37,471 nt of DNA from IMG/VR virus record IMGVR_UViG_3300032335_000770, positions 1 to 37,471 of that record; one strand, given 5' to 3'. Numbering within the stretch: position 1 is the first letter of the stretch; each line of letters begins with the position of its first letter. Positions 17,217-25,340 of the stretch are shown here, one piece after another. The DNA is from a virus (Duplodnaviria; Caudoviricetes). A program made the translations under genes and the position numbers. Below the pieces are notes generated by a model. The model was not told where the DNA came from. It saw nothing but the letters and a program-made list of their open reading frames with translations, and ran no database searches.

Positions 17217-17376
17217 GTTGTTTTAGTTTTCGGTTTTGGTATTCGATGTAGGCAAGCCAGCCCGTCAGTTCCTGAGCCGGCATGGCGAGCACTTCGTGGG
17301 CAAATTTGTGCAGACGATCCGCGAGCGCGTAAACGGCGAGGAGGTCTGCCGCCTCCCCGCCGTAAATCAGTTTTTT
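17209..17376 (-). CDS. gpT-like extension of the tail chaperone reached by -1 frameshift
   Basis: Slippery A AAA AAC at 17370-17376. The -1 frame reads LIYGGEAADLLAVYALADRLHKFAHEVLAMPAQELTGWLAYIEYQNRKLKQHG. A 10-bp-stem hairpin lies about 8 nt downstream. Confidence 0.8.
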   Translation of the reverse strand, partial: KKLIYGGEAADLLAVYALADRLHKFAHEVLAMPAQELTGWLAYIEYQNRKLKQHG

Positions 17377-17690
17377 AGGTCGTCCACCTTCGGCGCGTCA
17401 TCGGCGAGAATGGCGTTTGCGACGCGGCCGACGACGTTGCTGTCCGCCTTGTTCAACAGCGTCGGCTTGTGCTCAATCGTAAACAGCTTCACGCCGTGCT
17501 CGTCGGTGGCCTTCATAATAAGGATGTCCACCAAAAGCTCCATGTCGTTTTCTTTGCTGCGACGATAAAGCCGGTTCTTTTCGGAAAGCGTGACCGGCGT
17601 TGCGTGCACGACGAGCTTCCACTCTGGCACGTCGATTTTGCGCGTGCCGAGTGAAGCGAAATGTTCTCTTACGAGGTCGATTGCGTCCAT
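17367..17690 (-). CDS. tail assembly chaperone (gpG-like)
   Basis: Between tail tube and tape measure; ends LKN* on a slippery site. Confidence 0.8.
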   Translation of the reverse strand: MDAIDLVREHFASLGTRKIDVPEWKLVVHATPVTLSEKNRLYRRSKENDMELLVDILIMKATDEHGVKLFTIEHKPTLLNKADSNVVGRVANAILADDAPKVDDLKN

Positions 17691-17718
17691 GTGTGTGTTG
17701 TGTGTTTTGCCTGCGAAA

Positions 17719-18105
17719 TTAAGCCGTCAGGGTGCTCAGCGGACCGTTGCCCTCGAAGGCGATCGAGCCCTCGATAATGCCGTCGAATGACGCGGAGACG
17801 TTGAACTGGGTCACGATGGCGGCGCCGGAATAGTAAACGTCGCCGGTGCTTCCGCCTTCTGGGTAAAGGTTGAGCGTGACCTGCGAGCCGATGGTGATGA
17901 GGAGCTGGCCGGCGTCGGTCTCGTCCCAGTAAAGGTCGCCAGAAACCGAGAACGATTTCATTGATGCGAGCCGGGTGCGGTAGGTGTCGCCGATGACCGA
18001 ATCTTCTACGGTGTCGGAGGTGTGGGTCAGAGCGTAGTTGCGCAGCTCGCCGATGGTCGTGCTGGATAATTTGATTAGGCCTTCGCGGCCGAGTTTGGTT
18101 GCCAT
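17719..18105 (-). CDS. tail tube (major tail) protein
   Basis: GREG..IGELRNYAL..GLK-like MKSFSVSG..YSGAAIVT..FEGNGPL pattern. Confidence 0.8.
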   Translation of the reverse strand: MATKLGREGLIKLSSTTIGELRNYALTHTSDTVEDSVIGDTYRTRLASMKSFSVSGDLYWDETDAGQLLITIGSQVTLNLYPEGGSTGDVYYSGAAIVTQFNVSASFDGIIEGSIAFEGNGPLSTLTA

Positions 18106-18114
18106 AAAATGAGG

Positions 18115-18546
18115 TTAGTCGGTTGAAAAATAGATGCAGTTGAAAGTGTGCCGAGCCGAGCCGAAGCGCCGGTCCTCGTCTGGCTCGATCGTATATTCGA
18201 CGGACGTCAAATGCAGGTCCTGACACTGCCCGCCCAGCGTAACGTCCGCGAGCACGGCAGCTTCGACCGCTGCGCTTCCGGTGTCGAAAAGGTCGTCGAT
18301 CAGGTAGGTGCCGCTTTCGGCAATAAAGTAGTCCACCACGAGTTGCAGTTGCCTGTATTGCGTGCGGTTGCTCGGCCCGAGTGTGCGAACTTCGATTTGC
18401 TCGCTGACCGCGTAAACGGCTGCGGCCGGGAAGCTGATGCTCGCAATCGTGTTGTTCCTGCCTCGCAGGATGTTCGCGGTCGGAACGACGAGAGCGCCGG
18501 TCAAAGCGTTGGCGGTGGCGTTGCGGATGTTTGTGCGGGTGCTCAT
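18115..18546 (-). CDS. tail terminator protein
   Basis: RTNIRNA.., FPAAAVY and D.TLGG motifs; position before the tail tube gene. Confidence 0.7.
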   Translation of the reverse strand: MSTRTNIRNATANALTGALVVPTANILRGRNNTIASISFPAAAVYAVSEQIEVRTLGPSNRTQYRQLQLVVDYFIAESGTYLIDDLFDTGSAAVEAAVLADVTLGGQCQDLHLTSVEYTIEPDEDRRFGSARHTFNCIYFSTD

Positions 18547-19340
18547 GCTGCTGTTTTGATTGGCATCGCGCCGCCGACGCGGGTGAAGCCAAGATTGACG
18601 GCGCGGTTGGCGAGAACTGCGGCGACTTTCTTCGTGGTCGTTTTGATCCGCGAGTTGATCGCGCCGTCGATCATGCGCTGATAATTTGGGATCTTCACGT
18701 TGTGCGCCGTCGCTTTGATGAAAGGCTGCGGACCAAAGCTCGATTGCACCGAGCCAAACAGCTTGTTGCCGCTCGCCTGCGGCTTGAGCTTGTCGCTGAA
18801 TTTCTTGTATCGCGCACCGGTGATTTTTGCCGATGAGTTCCAGCCCGAGACGGTCCAGCCGACGCGTCCCTCGATCTCGTTGCGGTATTTTTTGAAGTCG
18901 CTGCCGAACGCGAGTTGGTCCGGCTTTACGGTGATTCTCCCGCGAGCGTTTTGTTTGCGCCGATGCTCGAGGCGCAGCGCGTCCTCGTTCTCCAAAAGTC
19001 GCATCCCGTAATAGTGCGAGAGCTTCGGATTGCGCAGAAGCGCCCGCAGTTTCTCGACCTGTCGGTTGCGCACGTAACGCGCCATCGATGTGTAGAATCC
19101 GCCCTTGGTCGCCTTGGCCTGTAAGTCTTGGTAAACGAGCGGCTCTGCCAGTCTCGAAAAGTCAGCCCGCACCGCGTTCGCGCCCTGCTGCTTGCTCTTG
19201 GGCGGCGTGAATTTGACGATGGTTTGGATCGCGTATTTCGCCTCCTCCTTGATGACTTGCCCAAGGTCCACTTTTGCCGCAAGCGCGAGCCGCGCCAACT
19301 GATATTCAAGCCGGCTAAACTTTGCCTCGATCTCGATCAT
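18543..19340 (-). CDS. neck / tail completion protein
   Basis: Basic 265-aa protein at the gpZ / HK97 gp10 position. Confidence 0.55.
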   Translation of the reverse strand: MIEIEAKFSRLEYQLARLALAAKVDLGQVIKEEAKYAIQTIVKFTPPKSKQQGANAVRADFSRLAEPLVYQDLQAKATKGGFYTSMARYVRNRQVEKLRALLRNPKLSHYYGMRLLENEDALRLEHRRKQNARGRITVKPDQLAFGSDFKKYRNEIEGRVGWTVSGWNSSAKITGARYKKFSDKLKPQASGNKLFGSVQSSFGPQPFIKATAHNVKIPNYQRMIDGAINSRIKTTTKKVAAVLANRAVNLGFTRVGGAMPIKTAA

Positions 19341-19657
19341 ATCGACTTTTGCACTTCGAGTTCACATCCCGCGCCCTCGGCGTCGAGCATGACTCGGTCG
19401 ATGAAATAGGTGATGCCGGCTCGGGAAAGCGTCTGCGTGACCTGCGGAACGGCGCTTACGCTCGTCGTGAGCAGAAACACGGTGAACCGCGAATCGTCCC
19501 TGCGTTGGTCCTCGAAATCGGCAAAGGCGTTGCGCGAGGCTGACCAGACGCCCGTAATGCTTGCGCCCTGATACGTGAACGAGACGCCGGCCTGCGCGAG
19601 TATCGCCGAGAAATCGGAGTTCAGCTGAGTCGGGTCGAAGTCTCGGACGGCGGCCAT
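19337..19657 (-). CDS. head-tail joining protein (gpFII-like)
   Basis: 106 aa, beta-rich; position in the connector module. Confidence 0.6.
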   Translation of the reverse strand: MAAVRDFDPTQLNSDFSAILAQAGVSFTYQGASITGVWSASRNAFADFEDQRRDDSRFTVFLLTTSVSAVPQVTQTLSRAGITYFIDRVMLDAEGAGCELEVQKSI

Positions 19658-19678
19658 ACTATTGCGAGAATCGTCAAA
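19658..19678 (-). promoter_or_regulatory. TTTGACG-N14-ATG motif heading the connector/tail operon
   Basis: TTTGACG attctcgcaa tagt ATG. Confidence 0.55.
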
Positions 19679-20312
19679 CCGTGCCGAAGTGCTGCGCGTG
19701 CATCGCTGGCCGGTTTGCTTTCAGCCACGGCTCGGCATCGGCCATGCACTTGGCCGCGTCGTTGCCGCAGGTCTGAGAGCCGACGTGATGCACGTAGGAC
19801 CGCGAGACAAAGTGCCGGCGCTTCATGTCCGCGCATTGCACGTCATCGGAAAACCAGTTGATCGGCGGAAAATCGACCCACGCGTCGCGGTGAATCCACG
19901 CGCAAATCGGCGCGATGACCGGCGTCTCGATAATGCTGCGCTCGCTCTTGAACCGCAGAAAATCCAATCGCCCGGTGCCGGAACGAATGTTCTGCGCGCC
20001 TCGCGCGTAGTCCGACCTGGCTGCGACGTAGCCGAGATCGGCGACGGCCTCCTTGAGCAGCGCAACGTCGGCCAGAAGCATCCGCCACGTCGTCGGTGTA
20101 AACACTATGTCGTCGTTGCAAATGACCAGCTCGTCGTGCTCCTTGAACGCGATGCCTACCGCGTGGTTGTAAGCCTCGCCGAACGTCGCGCCGACGCCGT
20201 GGAAATAGTAGGTGCGAATGTTGCGCGGCACGTAGGCTTTGACCGACGCCTTAAGCACGTCGAGGCAGCGTGCGTTAGTCGTGCAGACGACAATGGCCGG
20301 CTCGGGAATCAT
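19674..20312 (-). CDS. glycosyltransferase, family 2-like
   Basis: FGEAYN, ICNDDI, WFSDD and VHHVGSQT motifs. Start at MIPEP (ATGA overlap). Confidence 0.8.
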   Translation of the reverse strand: MIPEPAIVVCTTNARCLDVLKASVKAYVPRNIRTYYFHGVGATFGEAYNHAVGIAFKEHDELVICNDDIVFTPTTWRMLLADVALLKEAVADLGYVAARSDYARGAQNIRSGTGRLDFLRFKSERSIIETPVIAPICAWIHRDAWVDFPPINWFSDDVQCADMKRRHFVSRSYVHHVGSQTCGNDAAKCMADAEPWLKANRPAMHAQHFGTV

Positions 20313-21694
20313 GCTTTTTTTGCTCCCAGAATTTGCTCGATGTTCTCCGCGTCGATCAGCGTGCAGCCGCTCGCAAGGATGCGCTCGTCCCAGCCGTGCG
20401 GCGCAACCATGCCGTCTTCGGCGTTGATCTGAATCACGCCCGGCTCGGCTGCGCTCGGCTCGCCTACGTCGTGCAGGAATTGCTTCGCCATCCCCATCGT
20501 CTCGACATCGTCGGCACGCACGAGAAAGCGGTGTTCGATGCGCTCCGGCTGCGCCGCCGTCGAGAGCCAAGCGTCACGGAACGCAACCGATTTGGTCGAG
20601 TTGCCGAGCGTCTTTTGCGTCAGCCGGATCTTTGGCTGGGTGTGCTTGTGAAACACGAGCTGCAACGCCGCCGCGTCGCTCAGTTGGCCGGCGAGACGAT
20701 AGGCCCGCGCAGCGAGATCGTGACCGGCCCAGCCATACCATTTAACTTCGTGAGTCCACGGACGGTCTTTCTCGTTCGGCTCGGGAAGCGCGAGCATCCG
20801 CGACGCCCAGAAGCTCGCTCGCTTGCCGTCGTTGCGCTCGAACGAGAGCAGGATAATCGACGCGATGGCCTCGCGGCACCACGGGAAAACGCCGTGCGCC
20901 GACATTGCGAACTGCATCGCCTCTCGCCGGGAAGCTACGAGCCGCGCAAGGTTGAGCCCAACCTCGTAGCGGAACGAATCGTCGAGGTTCGGAAAGCTGA
21001 GCGCGATGCGGCCGAACTGCTCCGCCGCCGTCTTGTTGCCCGCGCAGTAGTGCTCTTGGTGAATGTAAAAATACTGAGTGGCGGACTCGGCCACGCTGCG
21101 ACCGAGAATCGCGAGGTTGCGCTTGCGGTTGTGCTGCTTGATCGCAATCGGTTGATGGTGCCAGACCGGCGTTGACCAATCGAAATGACGGTCGTTCGGA
21201 AGTAGGAGCAGGTTCTCATGCACGTCGTGATGCCAGATGCGACCGCTTGCAAATGCGCTGCGCCGCACGATCCGCTCGCGGTGAAGCTTTTTCCCGGTGC
21301 CGCGCACGTCGTAAGGACAACGAACCATGAGCACGTCGTCCGATAGCTCGGCGAGCCTGTCCCGCAGCTTCTCGGCCTCCGCAATCACGTCGTCGCAGTC
21401 GGCCCAGATAAGCCAGTCGCCGCACGCCTGCGCGAACGCTTGGTTGCGTGCTCGGGCGAACGAATCGACGTGCTTCCACGCCTGCGCCGTGGCGCCGTTC
21501 TTGTATTCGGAGAACACGAATCCGACCGAGTGCTGCAAGCACCAGTCGCGCACGATCTGCTCGGTGCTGTCCGGTTCCTGCGAGCCGATGGCGCGGACGA
21601 GTGAGACCTCGTCAATCACGCCGTCGAAGCTGTCGAGCATCGCGCCGATTTGTGCCGCCTCGTTTCCAGCGATAACGCAAAGGGAAAGTATCAT
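20309..21694 (-). CDS. glycosyltransferase family 2 with TPR-like region
   Basis: LSLCVIAGNE, FARARN, WADCDD, RER, VHE motifs followed by helical repeats. Start at MILSL. Confidence 0.85.
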   Translation of the reverse strand: MILSLCVIAGNEAAQIGAMLDSFDGVIDEVSLVRAIGSQEPDSTEQIVRDWCLQHSVGFVFSEYKNGATAQAWKHVDSFARARNQAFAQACGDWLIWADCDDVIAEAEKLRDRLAELSDDVLMVRCPYDVRGTGKKLHRERIVRRSAFASGRIWHHDVHENLLLLPNDRHFDWSTPVWHHQPIAIKQHNRKRNLAILGRSVAESATQYFYIHQEHYCAGNKTAAEQFGRIALSFPNLDDSFRYEVGLNLARLVASRREAMQFAMSAHGVFPWCREAIASIILLSFERNDGKRASFWASRMLALPEPNEKDRPWTHEVKWYGWAGHDLAARAYRLAGQLSDAAALQLVFHKHTQPKIRLTQKTLGNSTKSVAFRDAWLSTAAQPERIEHRFLVRADDVETMGMAKQFLHDVGEPSAAEPGVIQINAEDGMVAPHGWDERILASGCTLIDAENIEQILGAKKA

Positions 21695-21742
21695 GGTCGT
21701 TGTGGTGTGTGCGTCTGGTCTTGCTGATCGCTCGGACCGGTC

Positions 21743-21777
21743 AAAACAAAAAGCCCCACGCCGTGAAGCGTGAGGCT
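21743..21777 (-). terminator. Rho-independent terminator after the major capsid gene
   Basis: AGCCTCACGC-loop-GCGTGGGGCT followed by TTTTGTTTT. Confidence 0.8.
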
Positions 21778-21798
21778 GTTTTCCGAACCTAGTTAAGA

Positions 21799-22764
21799 TC
21801 AGGAATACTGCGTCGAAATAAGCTGACCGGCGTTCGCATTGACCACCTTCTCGGCGGTGTATTGCGAGGCGCGGACGATGTTCGACTTGATCGCCTCTTC
21901 GCGATAGGTCGATACGCCGATGGCTGGACCATATTCGGACCAGTTCAGGGTGAATCCAGCGCCGCCGCCGAAGTAGCCGGCTCCGGCCTGCGTAACCGAG
22001 CCGACCCAGATGAAGGTGTTGGCCCACGCATTTGCAGCGGAGAAGGCAACGCCCTCGGGTGCTTGGTCGTAGGAAGCGCGACCGATCAGAACCTCGGCGA
22101 CGCCGAAGACTTCGGCGGCCGCTTGGGTGCTGGCGTTCAGGATCGTGTCAGTCGAAAGACCGGTGCCGCGAAGGCGGTTCTGGAATTTCGTGCTGGCGCG
22201 GATGCGGGTCCAGACCGGGTAAGGAATCACGACCTTGGTGTTCGTGGTCGATTCGCCCTTGGAAAGCAAACGGTCGAGAGCTTCTTGAACGTCAGCGCCG
22301 ACATCGAAGGTCGCCAGGTTCCCGGTCGTGTATGCCACTGAGCTATTGGTCGCCGTGAACGTGCCGCTGTCGAAGATTTTCGCAGCGACGCGAAGCTCGT
22401 GCGCGAGCAGGAGTTTGCGCTTGGCTAGTTTGGCGGCGATGACTTCGGCGTCGAAGAAGCGAGCAACGTCGAGGGTGACGGTGTCGTCCACTGCCTCTTC
22501 GTAACCGTATTCGAGAGCCGTGTATGTGTCTTGGACGAAGGCGCGAGTGCCACGAGCGTAGGCGCTGTAAGGCGAACGGGTCTTCATGTCGCTCTTGAGG
22601 AGCTGACCTTCCTTCAAAACGAAGGACGGATATTGGCCGGAGCGAACTGGGACGTCGAGGATTGGCATGACGGCGGTACCGATCAAACCGGCCTCAAAGT
22701 CTTTCGCCTGCTCAACTACGCCGGCGATGTCGCCACGGAAAATTGCTGCTGAATTGCTGTACAT
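21799..22764 (-). CDS. major capsid protein (lambda gpE-like)
   Basis: 321 aa; follows the decoration gene and is followed by a terminator; LLLAHELRVA and EVFGV..VLIG pattern. Confidence 0.8.
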   Translation of the reverse strand: MYSNSAAIFRGDIAGVVEQAKDFEAGLIGTAVMPILDVPVRSGQYPSFVLKEGQLLKSDMKTRSPYSAYARGTRAFVQDTYTALEYGYEEAVDDTVTLDVARFFDAEVIAAKLAKRKLLLAHELRVAAKIFDSGTFTATNSSVAYTTGNLATFDVGADVQEALDRLLSKGESTTNTKVVIPYPVWTRIRASTKFQNRLRGTGLSTDTILNASTQAAAEVFGVAEVLIGRASYDQAPEGVAFSAANAWANTFIWVGSVTQAGAGYFGGGAGFTLNWSEYGPAIGVSTYREEAIKSNIVRASQYTAEKVVNANAGQLISTQYS

Positions 22765-22784
22765 GGTAATTTATTTTTTAAGGG

Positions 22785-23135
22785 TTAGAGATTCTTCGGA
22801 ATCATTTCGATGATCGCACCGGCGTCGGACGCGGTGCTGAGAGATTTGCCAACGGTGATCGTCCCGGTGATTGCCACTTGGCCGGACGCGACGCTAAAGA
22901 GCGTATCGCCAACGGTGACTGGACCGGCGAGCAGGGTTGCGTTCACCGTGTTGCCGCCGAGGAACTGAACGGTGACGAGGTCGCCGCTTGCAGCGTCGAT
23001 CGTTGCCACGCCGTCAGGCAGAGAAGCGGTGGCGGAAAGACCCACGCCTCTATTGCTTGAGATACTTACGAGCCGGAAGGCCGTGATGGCCGAATTAGCG
23101 ACAAAACTGCCGCTGTTTTGGTAGGAAGTTGCCAT
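22785..23135 (-). CDS. capsid decoration / cement protein (DUF2190-like)
   Basis: GVATIDAASGDLVTV..G..VTVGD pattern. Confidence 0.75.
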   Translation of the reverse strand: MATSYQNSGSFVANSAITAFRLVSISSNRGVGLSATASLPDGVATIDAASGDLVTVQFLGGNTVNATLLAGPVTVGDTLFSVASGQVAITGTITVGKSLSTASDAGAIIEMIPKNL

Positions 23136-23147
23136 GGTAGTTTTAGA

Positions 23148-24089
23148 TTAGAGTTTGACGAGTTCGCCGGCTTGAACGCGTGCGCGGTAGGCAGCGTAGA
23201 GGTCGGCATGGTTTTTGATCGCGAAGGTGATGGCCGAGGATTTGTCGCCCTTTAACTCAACGGCTTTGGCGGCGACGACGTCCTCGAACTTCTCGACCTT
23301 TGCGACTGGTTTGACTGCTTCGGCCGAGGCAATCGGAGCGGCTGGCGCACCGAAGGACTTGGCAAATTCTTTGACTGCGGCGAGCGCGGCGGTGTTAGCG
23401 GCGAGCTGCACGACTTCGTTCTGCGCGCTCATGGCGGCAGGCTTGTCTTCTTTCGGAGCGAGAGCTGCTTCGAGCCTCGCGACCTTCTCATTCATGCTCA
23501 TCATGGCAGACTGGATCATGCCTTCGATGGCTTTCTTCATTTCGTCGTTCATAGGAATTTCGATTTTGATTTCTGCGTTCGGATACTCGCCGTCGTCGCT
23601 CTCAAATTGTTTGAGTTTGCGCGCGAAAAATCCGTTCGGGTTCGCAGCGGGTTCGCTGACGAGATCGACCGAGTAGATTTCCGAGCACCGTTGCAAAGTC
23701 GTGAGGCTGTCCGTGCTTTTTTCCGACGGACCCGAGAACGCGATCGAGAGCCCGAACGTGTCGGGAATTCTCTCTGCGATCTCCAAAATGTAAGCGCGAT
23801 GAGGCGAGGTTTGCAGAAGGTGCAAATCGCCGAGCAGCTTTTCCCCGCTGATTCGCAGCGCGTCGATGTACCCGACGATGTCGCCTGCTCCGCCGCTGTG
23901 GTTCAGCTTTACCTTGAGCCCGCCCTCGTATTGCTCGGCGGCGGTCTTCACCTGCTCCAGTGTCTTGTCGTCAATCATGACGCCGTGGCCCAGCGCCGGT
24001 CCCTTGGTGATCAACGAGACGCCGCGAATGATGCCGGCTTCGGCATCGATGACGCCGGCGGAGGCTGAGAATGTAATAACGGGTTCCAT
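23148..24089 (-). CDS. prohead protease / scaffold
   Basis: GPALGHG, NH, FGLSI and SVDLVSEPAAN motifs plus a helical C-terminus. Confidence 0.78.
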   Translation of the reverse strand: MEPVITFSASAGVIDAEAGIIRGVSLITKGPALGHGVMIDDKTLEQVKTAAEQYEGGLKVKLNHSGGAGDIVGYIDALRISGEKLLGDLHLLQTSPHRAYILEIAERIPDTFGLSIAFSGPSEKSTDSLTTLQRCSEIYSVDLVSEPAANPNGFFARKLKQFESDDGEYPNAEIKIEIPMNDEMKKAIEGMIQSAMMSMNEKVARLEAALAPKEDKPAAMSAQNEVVQLAANTAALAAVKEFAKSFGAPAAPIASAEAVKPVAKVEKFEDVVAAKAVELKGDKSSAITFAIKNHADLYAAYRARVQAGELVKL

Positions 24090-24111
24090 CGCCTAAGCGA
24101 TGGCCGTCAAA
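24090..24111 (-). promoter_or_regulatory. TTTGACG-N15-ATG motif heading the capsid operon
   Basis: TTTGACG gccatcgcttaggcg ATG. Confidence 0.55.
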
Positions 24112-24273
24112 TCACGGCTCCTTGTTCGCCTCGCGATTCCAGCGCCAAAGCAGGAACGCGATGCCCAGCAACGTCCCGATGAGCGCCGCCACGTCGTTCA
24201 CCTGCGAAAGCGAGGTAAAGGCGACGACGGGAGTCGAAGCGGTGGCGATGTCTTTAACGTGCGTCGGGTTCAT
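24112..24273 (-). CDS. small membrane protein (holin-like)
   Basis: MNPTHV...ALIGTLLGIAFLLWRW; ATGA overlap. Confidence 0.55.
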   Translation of the reverse strand: MNPTHVKDIATASTPVVAFTSLSQVNDVAALIGTLLGIAFLLWRWNREANKEP

Positions 24274-24668
24274 CGTTTGCGAGTCATGCGGTCTCCGAAC
24301 CACCAGCCGATGCAGTTGAAGGCGCAAAATTGAATCTCGTCGATCATCTCGGCCTGCTCGGTTTCGGTGACGCGGAAAAATACAATCGTCACGAGAACCA
24401 GCAAAAGAAACGTGATGGCCGGTCGAAACAACGTGATGACGTTCGCAGTCCACGTTGCGATATTGGCCGGAGGCGTCGCCGCTTGTTGGCTCGCGGTGAA
24501 CGCATCCCATTGCGCTTTGTTGGCCGCGATCTCGGCCATTACTCGCGCCTCTTCGAGCTTCCGCTTGTGGTCCTGCCCCGCTTTGTAGTTCTCGAAGAAA
24601 CCGTTGCCTATGCGAAGCAAGACACCGAGTGCGCCGCCGCCGAGTGCGTTGGTGAGAAGATCAAGCAT
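24270..24668 (-). CDS. holin-like protein (3TM, GTA-holin-like)
   Basis: N-terminal amphipathic helix, FRPAIT transmembrane segment, WWFGDR end. Confidence 0.65.
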   Translation of the reverse strand: MLDLLTNALGGGALGVLLRIGNGFFENYKAGQDHKRKLEEARVMAEIAANKAQWDAFTASQQAATPPANIATWTANVITLFRPAITFLLLVLVTIVFFRVTETEQAEMIDEIQFCAFNCIGWWFGDRMTRKR

Positions 24669-24671
24669 GGC

Positions 24672-25202
24672 TTATACCCTCCTTGGATTCGTCAAACGGC
24701 GGAACAGAAAGTAAGGAAGCCAGACCCACTTCGGCACCTTGGCAATCTTCACGTTCGTATTTCGGACAAACGGCACTTCGGCGTCCCAGACTTTGACGCG
24801 AATCGGCGAGCCGTCCGGTGAAGTGCAGTCCAGGATGGAGACGTTGCGCGTCGGAGCGCAGCACGGCTCCCAATAGTTGTCATACTGCCCCAGCTCAATC
24901 GTTCCGCTCACGACCGAGCCGTAGAGCGTGAAGCCGTTGATTGCGCCCTTGATCGTAAGCGAGCCATGAACCGTGCAGTTCTGCACCGTATAATTGGAGC
25001 CGCGCACGCAATCAATCGAGTCCTCACGGCCCGCTGGAATCGTCAGCCCGCTAATCGTGAGCCCGGTGCAGTTCGAGCACTTTACCAAGTCGTCCCAGTT
25101 CTCAGGGTCGAGCGGTGCCTGCCACTCGGCTGAGTCAACCGTGAGTCCATCGTCATTCGGACCAACGTAGCTGCGCCAATTCGTGTCCGCCGTCCCGCTC
25201 AT
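24672..25202 (-). CDS. small right-handed beta-helix (pectin-lyase-like) protein
   Basis: CTGLTISGLTI..EDSIDC..NYTVQNCTV..RNVSILDC repeats; start at MSGTA. Confidence 0.55.
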   Translation of the reverse strand: MSGTADTNWRSYVGPNDDGLTVDSAEWQAPLDPENWDDLVKCSNCTGLTISGLTIPAGREDSIDCVRGSNYTVQNCTVHGSLTIKGAINGFTLYGSVVSGTIELGQYDNYWEPCCAPTRNVSILDCTSPDGSPIRVKVWDAEVPFVRNTNVKIAKVPKWVWLPYFLFRRLTNPRRV

Positions 25203-25339
25203 TCGGCTTTCGGTTCCTTTGGCTTTAAAGCCTCGGCAATCTGTTCGGCGCACTTGCGTAGCAAATCGTGATCGTCGGCCTTTAATGGCGCTTGGCGGCT
25301 GGCTGCGTATAGGTTTTGGAGTGCTTCGTTGGTGGTCAT
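25199..25339 (-). CDS. 46-aa helical protein, possible fibre chaperone (not in ORF track)
   Basis: MTTNEALQNLYAASRQAPLKADDHDLLRKCAEQIAEALKPKEPKAE. Starts 1 nt after the fibre stop; ATGA overlap downstream. Confidence 0.6.
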   Translation of the reverse strand: MTTNEALQNLYAASRQAPLKADDHDLLRKCAEQIAEALKPKEPKAE

Positions 25340-25340
25340 G

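Noticed and set aside
20309-22027. Extended ORF-track starts (572-aa GT; also 1699-2778, 9940-10524, 14801-15613, 19674-20570)
   Set aside because: The extensions overlap upstream genes or a terminator. Internal ATGs match domain starts and, in most cases, give stop/start coupling.
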